Source: Myxococcales bacterium (GTDB lineage Bacteria; Myxococcota; Myxococcia; Myxococcales; 40CM-4-68-19). Taken from it: 35,040 nucleotides of DNA. The notes beneath the pieces are model-generated. The model saw nothing but the letters and a program-made list of their open reading frames with translations, ran no database searches and was not told where the DNA came from. The position numbers and the translations under genes are program-made. Within the stretch, counting starts at the first letter, position 1, and each line of letters starts with the position of its first letter. This document shows, piece after piece, positions 1-8,585 of the stretch. The stretch is taken from NCBI GenBank assembly GCA_035498355.1, contig DATKAG010000541.1, positions 1-35,040 of the forward strand, given 5' to 3'.

Positions 1-205
1 AGGGGGCGAACACCTCGATCATCTTGCGGGCCAGCCCCCGGGCGTCGTCGAAGAAGCCGGAGTTGGCCATCGGCTGGCCGCAGCACGTTTGCGCCTCGGG
101 AAAATGGACTGTGGCCCCGTAGCGCTCGAGCAGCGCGGCGGTGGCAAGGCCGACCTGCGGGTAGAGCTGATCGACGTAGCAGGGGACGAAGAGCGCGACG
201 TCCAT
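1..205 (-). CDS. lutA: (Fe-S) oxidoreductase, LutA/YkgE family (CCG domain); N-terminal 68 aa only, gene continues off the left edge
   Basis: Reverse complement has ATG at 205..203 and reads MDVALFVPCYVDQLYPQVGLATAALLERYGATVHFPEAQTCCGQPMANSGFFDDARGLARKMIEVFAP. The FVxCxxD ... FPxxQxCCGQPxxNSG pattern is the N-terminal CCG motif of LutA/YkgE-type proteins. Absent from the ORF track because it is edge-truncated. Confidence 0.6.
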   Translation of the reverse strand, partial: MDVALFVPCYVDQLYPQVGLATAALLERYGATVHFPEAQTCCGQPMANSGFFDDARGLARKMIEVFAP

Positions 206-446
206 GCCGCGCGATTCTAGATCATCCGGGACTCGCGCCTCAGGCCGTCAGATCGCCCGGGCGTTCTCCGCTCGCGAGCCGCACGCAAGAGGAGCATCGC
301 CCCGAGTCAGCCGGCGCAGAAGAGCCGCCCCGCCCAGGGCGCCGGCGATGCGGTCGCCGGGCTTCGTCCAGCGCGTTCTTCTCCTTCCGTGCAGGCTCGC
401 CACCGGACCAATCTGGCGACCCCGGGGCGGCGCGCATGGCGGCGCA

Positions 447-459
447 CGCAAAGTTTGCG
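447..459. promoter_or_regulatory. Palindromic site CGCAA-AGT-TTGCG (copy 1 of a recurrent 13-bp motif), in the lutA/hypF divergent intergenic region
   Basis: Read directly: cgcaaagtttgcg, perfect 5-bp arms (6-bp arms if the spacer is counted as 1 nt). Lies 60 nt upstream of the hypF GTG and about 40 nt upstream of the GG of a sigma-54-like element. Confidence 0.5.
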
Positions 460-490
460 CGGTTCCGGGCGCAGAGAGCGGAAAATCTGC

Positions 491-506
491 TGGCCCCGCG
501 ATTGCT
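491..506 (+). promoter_or_regulatory. Candidate sigma-54 (-24/-12) promoter upstream of hypF
   Basis: TGGCCCCGCGATTGCT versus consensus TGGCACG-N4-TTGCW. GG at 492-493 and GC at 504-505 have the exact spacing. The predicted start site falls about 2 nt before the GTG at 519. Confidence 0.35.
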
Positions 507-518
507 GCGCCAAGGACC

Positions 519-2774
519 GTGGCCGAGGGCCGGCAGATCGAGATCCGCGGCATCGTCCAGGGCGTCGGCTTCCGGCCCTGGGTGTACCGGGTCGCTCGCG
601 ACCTGGGTGTGGCGGGCCGGGTGCTGAACGACGCGTCGGGCGTGAGGATCGAGGCGTTCGCTTCGGCCGCGACCCTCGATCGCTTCGTCGAACGGCTGCA
701 GGCGGATGCGCCGCCGGCGGCGCGCATCCAGTCTCTCAGCGTCCGGGCCATCGCGCCCCAGGCGCCGGCGGAGTTCGTCATCGCTCCCAGCGCCGGGTCC
801 AGCGAGCGCCGCGTCTCCATCCCCAGCGACCTGGCCACCTGCCCCGACTGCCTGAGCGAGATCTTCGATCCTCGCGACCGGCGCTACCGCTACCCGTTCA
901 CCAACTGCACCAACTGCGGCCCCCGCTTCACCATCGCCAGGGACGTCCCCTACGACCGGCCGGCGACCACCATGGCGCCGTTCCGCATGTGCCCGGAGTG
1001 CGCCCGCGAATACGCCGACCCCGGCGACCGCCGCTTCCACGCGCAGCCCAACGCCTGTCCCGCCTGCGGCCCGCGGTTGCGCGCGGTGCCCGATGCCCCC
1101 GACCCGCTCGCCGCCGCCCGGAAAGCCCTGCGGCGCGGGGAGATCGTCGCCGTCAAGGGCATCGGCGGGTTCCACCTCGCCTGCGACGCCGCCTCGCCCG
1201 CTGCCGTCCAGCGCCTGCGCGAGCGGAAGCGGCGCGAGGAACGGCCCTTCGCGGTGATGGCGCGCGACCTTTCGCAGGCGCGCGGCCTTTCGGATCTGGC
1301 GCCGGAGGAGGAGGCCCTGCTGCTCTCGCCGGAGCGGCCCATCGTCCTGGTCCGCCGGCGGCCGGACGCCGCGCTCGCCGATTGCGTCGCCCCGGGCAGC
1401 CCGCTGCTGGGCCTGATGCTGGCCTATTCGCCGCTGCACCACCTGCTCCTGGCGGACTTCGGCGGCCCGCTGGTGATGACCTCGGCCAACCTGAGCGAGG
1501 AGCCCATCTGCTACCGCGACGGCGAGGCGGCGGAGCGGCTGGGCGGGATCTTCGACCTGCTCCTCTTGCACGACCGGGAGATCGAGACCCGCTGCGACGA
1601 CTCCATCGTCCGGCTGATCGCCTCCGCGCCCTCGGTCCTGCGCCGCTCGCGCGGCTACGTCCCCCGCGCCATCGCCCTCCGCCGGCCCGTCCCCCGCCCC
1701 ATCCTCGCCGTGGGCGCCGATCTGAAGAACACCTTCTGCGTCGCGGCCGGCGACCAGGCCTTCCTCGGGCCGCACATCGGAGATCTGGGGAGCGCCGAGA
1801 CCTGGCGCTCGCTGCGCACCTCCGTCGAGCGGATGCTGAGCTTCCTGGAAGTCGAGCCGCAGGTGGTGGTGCACGACCTGCACCCGGACTCCGTGGCCGC
1901 GGCCTACGCGCGCACCAGGTCCGAGCCGCGCCTCGCGGTCCAGCACCACCACGCGCACGTGGCGAGCGCCATGGCCGAGCACGGCCTCGAGGGCCCGGTG
2001 ATCGGGGTGGCGTACGACGGGACGGGATACGGCACCGACGGGTCGATGTGGGGCGGGGAGGTGCTCCTCGCCACCGCCCGCGACTACCGGAGGGTGGCGA
2101 CCCTGCGGCCCATCCGCCTGGCGGGCGGAGATCGGGCCATCCGGGACGTGTGGCGGATCGCGCTGGCGGCCCTGGACGACGCCTTCGCCGGCGCTCCGCC
2201 GCTCCAGGCGCTGCCGCTGTTCCGGAAAGTGAACCCCGGCGAAGTGGCGGCCGTGCGGCAGATGATCGCCCGGGACGTGAATGCGCCGCTGGCGCGCGGG
2301 GTGGGGCGCTGGTTCGACGCCGCCTCCGCCATCGGCCTCGGCCGGACGCGGACGACTTTCGAGGGGCAGGCAGCCCTGGAATGGGATACCGCCTCGAACA
2401 CCGCCCCGAGCGGAGCTCGGGGCGGAAGGTACCCCTACGAAGTCCTGGAATCGCACGATCTCATCGAGTTGGATCTCCGCCCCCTCATCCGCGAGCTCAC
2501 CAACGACACCATCCGCGGAAGACCCGCCCGCGAGATGTCCGCCTCCTTCCACGACTCCCTCTCCGCCGCCACCGCCGACCTGGTCCGCGAGACCGTCCGC
2601 CGCCACGGCAAGCACCCCGTGGTGCTCACCGGCGGCTGCTTCCAGAACGCCCGCCTCGCGGAAACCATCTTCTCCCTGCTCACCCCGGAGCTGGAAGTCT
2701 TCCTCCACCGCGACGTCCCCTGCGGCGACGGCGGCATCGCCCTCGGCCAGGCGCTGATCGCCGCAGTGCAATAA
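519..2774 (+). CDS. hypF: [NiFe]-hydrogenase maturation carbamoyltransferase HypF
   Basis: Acylphosphatase domain ([20 protein letters not shown]). Two zinc-finger pairs (CPDCLSE...CTNCGPRF and CPECARE...CPACGPRL). YrdC-like block ([15 protein letters not shown]) and Kae1-like C-terminus ([10 protein letters not shown]). The ORF is open from 204, but 204-518 translates to Arg/Pro-rich sequence with lower GC3. GTG at 519 gives about 751 aa, a typical HypF length. Confidence 0.9.
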   Translation: MAEGRQIEIRGIVQGVGFRPWVYRVARDLGVAGRVLNDASGVRIEAFASAATLDRFVERLQADAPPAARIQSLSVRAIAPQAPAEFVIAPSAGSSERRVSIPSDLATCPDCLSEIFDPRDRRYRYPFTNCTNCGPRFTIARDVPYDRPATTMAPFRMCPECAREYADPGDRRFHAQPNACPACGPRLRAVPDAPDPLAAARKALRRGEIVAVKGIGGFHLACDAASPAAVQRLRERKRREERPFAVMARDLSQARGLSDLAPEEEALLLSPERPIVLVRRRPDAALADCVAPGSPLLGLMLAYSPLHHLLLADFGGPLVMTSANLSEEPICYRDGEAAERLGGIFDLLLLHDREIETRCDDSIVRLIASAPSVLRRSRGYVPRAIALRRPVPRPILAVGADLKNTFCVAAGDQAFLGPHIGDLGSAETWRSLRTSVERMLSFLEVEPQVVVHDLHPDSVAAAYARTRSEPRLAVQHHHAHVASAMAEHGLEGPVIGVAYDGTGYGTDGSMWGGEVLLATARDYRRVATLRPIRLAGGDRAIRDVWRIALAALDDAFAGAPPLQALPLFRKVNPGEVAAVRQMIARDVNAPLARGVGRWFDAASAIGLGRTRTTFEGQAALEWDTASNTAPSGARGGRYPYEVLESHDLIELDLRPLIRELTNDTIRGRPAREMSASFHDSLSAATADLVRETVRRHGKHPVVLTGGCFQNARLAETIFSLLTPELEVFLHRDVPCGDGGIALGQALIAAVQ

Positions 2775-2885
2775 GACAATCATTCTCGCAATCCTTTCGC
2801 GGCCGCCTGCGCTTCGCCGAAGGCATTGCGCCCGCGCGCAACCAATCGCCTGCATCCACCCTCTGCAATCTGGACCTCATCGCTC

Positions 2886-2901
2886 CGGTTCAGCCCTTGC
2901 A
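2886..2901 (+). promoter_or_regulatory. Candidate sigma-54 (-24/-12) promoter for the hybOABCD operon
   Basis: CGGTTCAGCCCTTGCA with GG-N10-GC spacing exact and a TTGCA -12 box. It sits about 30 nt upstream of the hybO ATG and is followed by SD AAGGAG (2921-2926). The -24 half (GGTTC) is a weaker match. Confidence 0.3.
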
Positions 2902-2931
2902 GCCCCGGCGCGCATCTCCAAAGGAGCAGCC

Positions 2932-4047
2932 ATGCCACAGCGGAAGCTGATCGAGCGGCTGGAGGCCAAAGGCCTCAGCAGGCGTGACTTCATGCGCACC
3001 GCCACCATGGCGGGTGCGGCCCTGGGCCTCGCGCCCACCTTCGCGGCCGAAGCGGCCCAGGCCAAGCGGAAGCCCTCGGTGATCTGGCTGCACTTCCAGG
3101 AGTGCACCGGCTGCACCGAGACGCTCTTGCGGCCCGCGCACCCGGACGTCGCCGAGGTGATCCTGGAGACCATCTCGCTCGACTACCACGAGACCCTCTT
3201 CGCCGCGGCCGGCCACCAGATCGAGGCGGCGCTGAAGACGGCGATGAAGGAGAACGCCGGCAAGTACATCTGCGTGGTGGAGGGGGCGATCCCGGCCAAG
3301 GACAACGGGATCTACTGCAAGATCGCGGGCAAGACCGCGCTGCAGCTCCTGGACGAAGTGGCGGGGAACGCGGCGGCGGTGATCGCGCTGGGCTCCTGCG
3401 CCTCCTTCGGCGGGGTGGCCGCGGCCGAGCCCAACCCCACGGGCGCCGCGGGCGTCCCCCAGCTCTTCAGCAAGAAGCCCGTGGTGTCGCTGCCCGGCTG
3501 CCCGGCGAACCCCTACAACCTGCTGGGCGTCGTCCTGCAGTTCGTCACCTACGGCACCCTCCCCAGGCTGGACGGGCTGGGCCGGCCGATCTTCGCCTAC
3601 GGGCGCACCATCCACGAGGACTGCCCGCGGCGGCCGCACTTCGACGCCGGCCGGTTCGCCGAGGCCTTCGGCGACGAGGGCCACCGCCAGGGCTTCTGCC
3701 TCTACAAGATCGGCTGCAAGGGCCCGGTCACCCACGCCAACTGCTCGCTCAAGTACTTCTGCGAAGTGGACGGCGCCTGGCCCATCGGCATCGGCCATCC
3801 CTGCGCGGGCTGCACGGAGAAGGAGTTCGCCTTCCGCCGGCCGATGTTCGAGACCGTCCCCATCGAGCGGCCCACGCCGCCCGACACCTACCCGCCCATC
3901 GTCACCGAGCACGGCCACCCCAGCCCGATCGCCATCGGCTTCGGCGGGGCGGTGGTGGGCGCGGCCATCGGCGCGGGCGTGATGACCGCGAAGAAGCTCT
4001 CCGCGGAGGCGAAGAAGGACGGGTCGGGGCCCTCGAAGGAGGCGTGA
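2932..4047 (+). CDS. hybO: [NiFe]-hydrogenase small subunit, Tat-exported, with C-terminal membrane anchor
   Basis: Twin-arginine signal SRRDFMRTATMAGAALGLAP...AQA. Conserved blocks IWLHFQECTGCTE, GSCASFGG and GCPANP, plus distal cluster cysteines. Hydrophobic C-terminal helix IAIGFGGAVVGAAIGAGVM. Confidence 0.95.
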   Translation: MPQRKLIERLEAKGLSRRDFMRTATMAGAALGLAPTFAAEAAQAKRKPSVIWLHFQECTGCTETLLRPAHPDVAEVILETISLDYHETLFAAAGHQIEAALKTAMKENAGKYICVVEGAIPAKDNGIYCKIAGKTALQLLDEVAGNAAAVIALGSCASFGGVAAAEPNPTGAAGVPQLFSKKPVVSLPGCPANPYNLLGVVLQFVTYGTLPRLDGLGRPIFAYGRTIHEDCPRRPHFDAGRFAEAFGDEGHRQGFCLYKIGCKGPVTHANCSLKYFCEVDGAWPIGIGHPCAGCTEKEFAFRRPMFETVPIERPTPPDTYPPIVTEHGHPSPIAIGFGGAVVGAAIGAGVMTAKKLSAEAKKDGSGPSKEA

Positions 4048-4048
4048 C

Positions 4049-4912
4049 ATGGATCGCCGCAACCTGCTCAAGGTGATCTTCGCCGGAGGGGCGGCGGCGG
4101 CCCTCCCGGCTGCCGCCCGCAACCAGCGGACCGCCGCTCCCGACTCGGTGGGGATGCTCTTCGACTCCACCTACTGCATCGGCTGCAAGGCCTGCGTGGT
4201 GGCCTGCCGCGAGGCCCAGGGGCTGGCGCCGGAGCCGAAGGACGGCATGCACGACGTCCAGACCGAGCTCGACGGGCAGACCAAGAACGTCATCAAGCTC
4301 TGGAAGGACGAGAAGAACCCCGCCGTTTTCGCCTACGTGAAGCAGCAGTGCATGCACTGCATCGACCCGGGCTGCGTCTCCGTCTGCATGCTGGGCGCCT
4401 TGAAGAAGACGGCCGCCGGCCCGGTGACCTACGACAAGGACACCTGCATCGGGTGCCGCTACTGCCAGGTGGCCTGCCCCTTCAACGTCCCCAAGTTCCA
4501 GTGGAGCTCGCCCACCCCGCAGATCGTCAAGTGCGACCTCTGCCAGTCGCGCATCGCCCGGGGCGCCACCCAGCCGGCCTGCACCGAGGTCTGCCCGCGC
4601 AAGGCCGTCATCTACGGCAAGCGCGCGGACCTGCTCGAGGAGGCGCACCGCCGCCTGGCGGCCCACCCGAGCTTCTACGTGGACAAGGTGTACGGCGAGG
4701 ACGACCTGGGCGGCACCAGCGTGCTGTACCTGGCCTCGGTCCCCTTCACCAAGCTCGGCTTCCCCGAGAAGGGCAAGCGGTCCGGGCCCTCGATCACCGA
4801 GTCGGTCCAGCACGGCGTCTACCAGGGCTTCCTCACCCCGGCCATCCTCTACGCCGGCCTGGCCGCCGTGGTGATCCGCAACCGCAAGAAGGACAAGGAG
4901 GCTGACGAATGA
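4049..4912 (+). CDS. hybA: Hydrogenase-2-type 4x[4Fe-4S] ferredoxin subunit (HybA-like), Tat signal, C-terminal TM helix
   Basis: MDRRNLLKV Tat-like N-terminus. Four Cys clusters (CIGCKACVVAC, CMHCIDPGCVSVC, CIGCRYCQVACP, CDLCQSR...CTEVCP). SD GAAGGAGG lies upstream. Position between small subunit and membrane subunit matches E. coli hyb. Confidence 0.85.
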   Translation: MDRRNLLKVIFAGGAAAALPAAARNQRTAAPDSVGMLFDSTYCIGCKACVVACREAQGLAPEPKDGMHDVQTELDGQTKNVIKLWKDEKNPAVFAYVKQQCMHCIDPGCVSVCMLGALKKTAAGPVTYDKDTCIGCRYCQVACPFNVPKFQWSSPTPQIVKCDLCQSRIARGATQPACTEVCPRKAVIYGKRADLLEEAHRRLAAHPSFYVDKVYGEDDLGGTSVLYLASVPFTKLGFPEKGKRSGPSITESVQHGVYQGFLTPAILYAGLAAVVIRNRKKDKEADE

Positions 4913-6033
4913 ACCGGGCAGCTCCCCTCGGCGGTCGCATCTTCACGCCCCGCTTCAACGTCCTGCTGGCGCTGGGCGGGCTGGCGATCGCCATCCTCAT
5001 CTGGCGCTTCATCGTCGGCCTGGGCCCCACCACCGGGATGAACGACGGCTACCCGTGGGGCGTCTGGATCGCCTTCGACGTGGTCACCGGCACGGCCATC
5101 GCCTGCGGCGGCTACGCGATGGCGCTGATGGTCTACATCTTCAACAAGGGGCAGTACCACAAGCTCGTCCGGCCCGCGCTGCTCACCACCGCCCTCGGCT
5201 ACAGCGTGGCCGGCGCCTCGGTGTTCGTGGACATCGGCCGCTGGTGGAACGCCTGGAAGGTGCCGAGCTTCTTCTGGGCCTGGAACTTCAACTCGGCGCT
5301 GCTGGAAGTGGCGCTCTGCATCATGAGCTACATCATCGTGGCCTGGATCGAGCTCTCGCCCTCGTTCCTGCCCAAGCGGTTCGTCGTCTACCTGGAGAAG
5401 GCGCTCCCCTTCCTCATCGCCCTGGGGATCCTGCTCCCCACCATGCACCAGAGCTCCTTGGGGTCCCTGATGATGGTGGCGGTCACCAAGGTGCACCCGC
5501 TCTGGCACAGCCAGCTCTTGCCCCTGCTCTTCCTGATCAGCGTCATCGGCATGGGCTACGCCGGCGCCGTCCTCGAGGCCACCGTTTCCGGGAGGGTCTT
5601 CCGCCTGGAGTCCGAGACGCACCTGCTCTCGAAGATCGGCAAGGCGGTCTCGTTCTGCTACCTCGCCTTCCTCGTCCTCCGCGTCGGCGGGCTGGCCCTG
5701 AACGGCTTCCCCGGCTTCGGCGCCAACGGGATGAGCCTGCTCTTCCTCGCCGAGTTGGCCCTCTTCGCCGTCCCCGCCTGGCTCCTGCTGGACGAGCAGC
5801 GCATGCGCAACCCCGGCCAGCTCTTCCTGGCGGCGATGCTCGCCATCCTGGCCGGCGCGGTCTACCGGTTCGACGTCTACCTGGTCGCCTTCGATCCCGG
5901 CTCGAACTGGCACTACTTCCCCAGCATCCCGGAGATGCTGGTCACCATCGGTTTCGTGTCGCTCGAGATCGCGGCCTACACGCTGGCCGTGAAGCTGTTC
6001 CCGATCCTGAGCCCCGCGAGGAGCACGCCATGA
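4909..6033 (+). CDS. hybB: Hydrogenase membrane (quinone-interacting) subunit, HybB/NrfD family
   Basis: Polytopic hydrophobic 374-aa protein. ATGA overlap with hybA and ATGA overlap with hybC. Gene-order analogy to hybOABC. Confidence 0.8.
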   Translation: MNRAAPLGGRIFTPRFNVLLALGGLAIAILIWRFIVGLGPTTGMNDGYPWGVWIAFDVVTGTAIACGGYAMALMVYIFNKGQYHKLVRPALLTTALGYSVAGASVFVDIGRWWNAWKVPSFFWAWNFNSALLEVALCIMSYIIVAWIELSPSFLPKRFVVYLEKALPFLIALGILLPTMHQSSLGSLMMVAVTKVHPLWHSQLLPLLFLISVIGMGYAGAVLEATVSGRVFRLESETHLLSKIGKAVSFCYLAFLVLRVGGLALNGFPGFGANGMSLLFLAELALFAVPAWLLLDEQRMRNPGQLFLAAMLAILAGAVYRFDVYLVAFDPGSNWHYFPSIPEMLVTIGFVSLEIAAYTLAVKLFPILSPARSTP

Positions 6034-7727
6034 CGCGCGTTACCATCGATCCCGTCACTCGTATCGAAGGCCACCTCCGCATCGACGTGGAGGTGGAGAA
6101 CGGCAAGGTCAAGGACGCCTGGTCTTCGGGGCAGATGTGGCGGGGCATCGAGCTGATCCTCAAGGGCCGCGATCCGCGCGAGGCCTGGTTCTTCACCCAG
6201 CGCATCTGCGGGGTGTGCACCACCGTGCACGCCATCGCCTCGGTGCGGGCGGTGGAGAACGCCCTGGGCCTGGAGGTGCCGCTCAACGCCCAGTACATCC
6301 GCAACCTGATCGTCGCCGCTCACGCGCTGCACGACCACGTGGTCCACTTCTACCACCTCAGCGCCCTCGACTGGGTGGACGTGGTGAGCGCGCTCAAGGC
6401 CGATCCGGCCAAGGCCGCCGCCCTGGGCGAGAGCCTCTCTCCCTGGCCGGGCAACTCCCGCCGCCAGCTGGAGGCGGTGAAGAAGAAGCTGGAGGGCTTC
6501 GTCGCCGGCGGGCAGCTGGGCATCTTCACCAACGGCTACTGGGGCCACCCGGCGATGAAGCTGCCGCCGGAAGTGAACCTGCTGGCCGTCGCCCACTACC
6601 TGCAGGCGCTCGACTACCAGCGCCGGGCCAACCAGGTGGTGGCGGTCCTCGGGGGCAAGACGCCCAACATCCAGAACCTGGCGGTGGGGGGCGTGGCCAA
6701 CGCCATCAACCTCGACAACCAGGCGACGCTGAACATGGAGAAGCTGGTCCACGTCCGCGACCTGTTGCGCGAGGTGCAGCAGTTCGTCGAGCAGGTCTAC
6801 GTCCCGGACGTCTGCGCAATCGGGGCCATGTACCCGGAGTGGCTGGGCTATGGGGCGGGCGTGCGCAACTACCTCGCCGTCCCCGACATGCCGCTGGACA
6901 CCAAGGGCGAGAAGTTCGACATGCCCGGCGGGACCATCTTCGCCGGCAACATCGCCGGGGTGAAGCCCATTTCCTCCTTCCACGACGAGTACTTCCGCGA
7001 CAACGTGGCCGAGAGCGTGGCCCACGCCTGGTACGAGGGCGCCGCCGAGCTGCACCCCTACGAGGGAGAGACGAAGCCGCAGTACACGGACTTCGACGCC
7101 AAGGGGAAGTACAGCTGGTGCAAGGCGCCCCGCTTCCAGGGCAAGCCCATGCAGGTGGGGCCCTCCGCCGAGGTGCTGGTGGCCTTCGCCCAGGGGCACG
7201 AGCCGACGAAGCGCTGGGCCACCAAGGTGCTGGACACCGCGGGGAGCATCGCCAAGGTGAAGCTGACGCCGGCGGTGCTGGAGAGCACCCTGGGCCGCCA
7301 CGCGGCGCGGGCGGTGCGCTGCGCGGTGCTGGCCGAGCTGGCGCTGAAGCACTGGCAGCTCCTGGTGGACAACGTGGGCAAGGGCGACACGGCCATCTTC
7401 AACGCCCCGAAGTTCCCCAAGGGCGAGATCCGGGGCTTCGGCTTCCACGAGGCGCCGCGCGGAACCCTCTCCCACTGGACGGTGATCGCCGACGGCAAGA
7501 TCAAGAACTACCAGGCGGTGGTGCCCTCCACCTGGAACGCCGGCCCCCGCGACGCCAAGGGCCAGCCCGGGCCGTACGAGGCCTCGCTGATCGGCAACCC
7601 GGTGGCGGACCCGGAGAAGCCGCTGGAGGCGCTGCGCACCATCCACTCCTTCGACCCGTGCCTGGCCTGCGCCGTGCACACGGTGGACGCGGAAGGGCGC
7701 GAGATCGCGCGGGTGAAGGTGCTGTGA
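6030..7727 (+). CDS. hybC: [NiFe]-hydrogenase large subunit
   Basis: MTRVTIDPVTRIEGHLRI N-terminus. N-terminal Ni-binding motif RICGVCTTVH and C-terminal DPCLACAVH, followed by a 15-aa extension (TVDAEGREIARVKVL) of the kind removed by the maturation protease. The ORF track frame opens at 5055, but the ATG at 6030 overlaps the hybB stop. Confidence 0.95.
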   Translation: MTRVTIDPVTRIEGHLRIDVEVENGKVKDAWSSGQMWRGIELILKGRDPREAWFFTQRICGVCTTVHAIASVRAVENALGLEVPLNAQYIRNLIVAAHALHDHVVHFYHLSALDWVDVVSALKADPAKAAALGESLSPWPGNSRRQLEAVKKKLEGFVAGGQLGIFTNGYWGHPAMKLPPEVNLLAVAHYLQALDYQRRANQVVAVLGGKTPNIQNLAVGGVANAINLDNQATLNMEKLVHVRDLLREVQQFVEQVYVPDVCAIGAMYPEWLGYGAGVRNYLAVPDMPLDTKGEKFDMPGGTIFAGNIAGVKPISSFHDEYFRDNVAESVAHAWYEGAAELHPYEGETKPQYTDFDAKGKYSWCKAPRFQGKPMQVGPSAEVLVAFAQGHEPTKRWATKVLDTAGSIAKVKLTPAVLESTLGRHAARAVRCAVLAELALKHWQLLVDNVGKGDTAIFNAPKFPKGEIRGFGFHEAPRGTLSHWTVIADGKIKNYQAVVPSTWNAGPRDAKGQPGPYEASLIGNPVADPEKPLEALRTIHSFDPCLACAVHTVDAEGREIARVKVL

Positions 7728-8251
7728 ACCGCATTTGCCTGATGGGCGTCGGGAACGTGCTGATGCACGACGACGCCCTCGGGCCGTACGTGCTCGAGTC
7801 GCTGAAGGCGAAGGTGGAGCTGCCCCTTGAGGTGACGGTGTTCGACGCCGGCACTCCCGGCCTCGACCTCACCCTCTTCCTCGTCGAATTCGACGCCCTG
7901 ATCGCGGTCGACGCCCTCAAGGGGGCGGGCGCGCCGGGCGAGGTGCGCACGTACAGGCGCGACCAGCTCCTCGAAGGCGCCTTGCCCATCACCCTGAGCC
8001 CGCACGAGCCGACGCTGCGCGAGGCGCTGATGCGGATGGGGCTCATGGGCCAGGGGCCGCGGGAGGTCTTCCTGGTGGGCGCCATCCCCGGCGAGGTGAG
8101 CACTGGCGTCGGCCTTTCCCCGGCGGTGCGCGCCGCGGTGCCGGAGATCGAGCAGCACATCCTGCGCGAGCTTTCGCGGTTGGGCGCAAGGGTTGCGCAA
8201 CGGGCTTCCCGCCAACAGCCCGACCACTGGTGGGAGCGCCCCGCGGCCTAG
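7724..8251 (+). CDS. hybD: Hydrogenase maturation endopeptidase (HybD/HyaD family)
   Basis: GTGA overlap with hybC. ICLMGVGNVLMHDDALG, AVDA and LSPHEPTLREAL match the family's acidic/Asp/His metal-ligand blocks. Confidence 0.85.
   Translation: MNRICLMGVGNVLMHDDALGPYVLESLKAKVELPLEVTVFDAGTPGLDLTLFLVEFDALIAVDALKGAGAPGEVRTYRRDQLLEGALPITLSPHEPTLREALMRMGLMGQGPREVFLVGAIPGEVSTGVGLSPAVRAAVPEIEQHILRELSRLGARVAQRASRQQPDHWWERPAA
8184..8198. promoter_or_regulatory. Palindromic site GCGCAA-GGG-TTGCGC (copy 2 of the recurrent motif), about 100 nt upstream of hypC, inside the 3' tail of hybD
   Basis: Read directly: gcgcaagggttgcgc, perfect 6-bp arms with a 3-nt spacer. Confidence 0.45.
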
Positions 8252-8297
8252 GCTCCGGCCGCGATTTTTCGGCGCGAAGACTGCAAGAGCTGCGGCC

Positions 8298-8585
8298 ATG
8301 TGCCTCGGGGTGCCCGGCAAGGTCCTCTCGGTAGCGGGGATGAGCGCGGAAGTCGACTTCTTCGGCGTCCGCCGCCAGGTGCGCCTGGACATCGTCGACG
8401 CCCCCGTCGCGCCCGGCGATTACGTGCTCAACCACGTCGGGTTCGCCATCCACCGCATTCCCGAGGAGGAGATCGGCGAGACCCTGGCGCTCTTCGACAC
8501 CATCCTGCGCGAGGCGCAGCCGCAGGACCTGATGGCGGCGGACGTGCGCGGGGAGATCGAGGCGACGGATGCAGCCCGGAAATGA
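8298..8585 (+). CDS. hypC: Hydrogenase assembly chaperone HypC/HupF
   Basis: Canonical N-terminus MCLGVPGKV, about 95 aa. The frame is open from 8193, but the MCLGVP start is diagnostic. Confidence 0.9.
   Translation: MCLGVPGKVLSVAGMSAEVDFFGVRRQVRLDIVDAPVAPGDYVLNHVGFAIHRIPEEEIGETLALFDTILREAQPQDLMAADVRGEIEATDAARK

Noticed and set aside
204-518. N-terminal extension of the hypF ORF (ATG at 204 or 348)
   Set aside because: The translation (MPRDSRSSGTRASGRQ...RRRRAAPPRAP...) has no HypF homology. GC3 is clearly lower than in the gene body. The region also contains promoter-like elements, and GTG 519 gives a standard HypF length.
2826-2841. TTGCGC-CCGC-GCGCAA read as an FNR/CRP/NnrR-type box (TTG-N8-CAA)
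   Set aside because: The spacing is 16 bp overall, not the 14-bp TTGAT-N4-ATCAA geometry. The other everted palindrome (13636-13655) has yet another spacing, so no consistent CRP/FNR-family model can be supported from this window.
240-2855. 871-aa ORF antisense to hypF, plus similar very long ORFs at 389..2950, 2890..4170, 5976..7679, 8428..9669, 9566..11455, 10993..12903, 16109..18970, 19573..21660, 22733..24895, 24990..26462, 30081..32072 and 31681..34965
   Set aside because: These are typical shadow ORFs of a very GC-rich genome. Their translations are Arg/Gly/Pro/Ala-rich low-complexity strings without recognisable motifs. Each overlaps, on the other strand or frame, a gene with clear family signatures.
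7660-7727. Possible selenocysteine ([NiFeSe]) large subunit
   Set aside because: The C-terminal motif is DPCLACAVH with ordinary Cys codons and no in-frame TGA. This is a standard [NiFe] enzyme.
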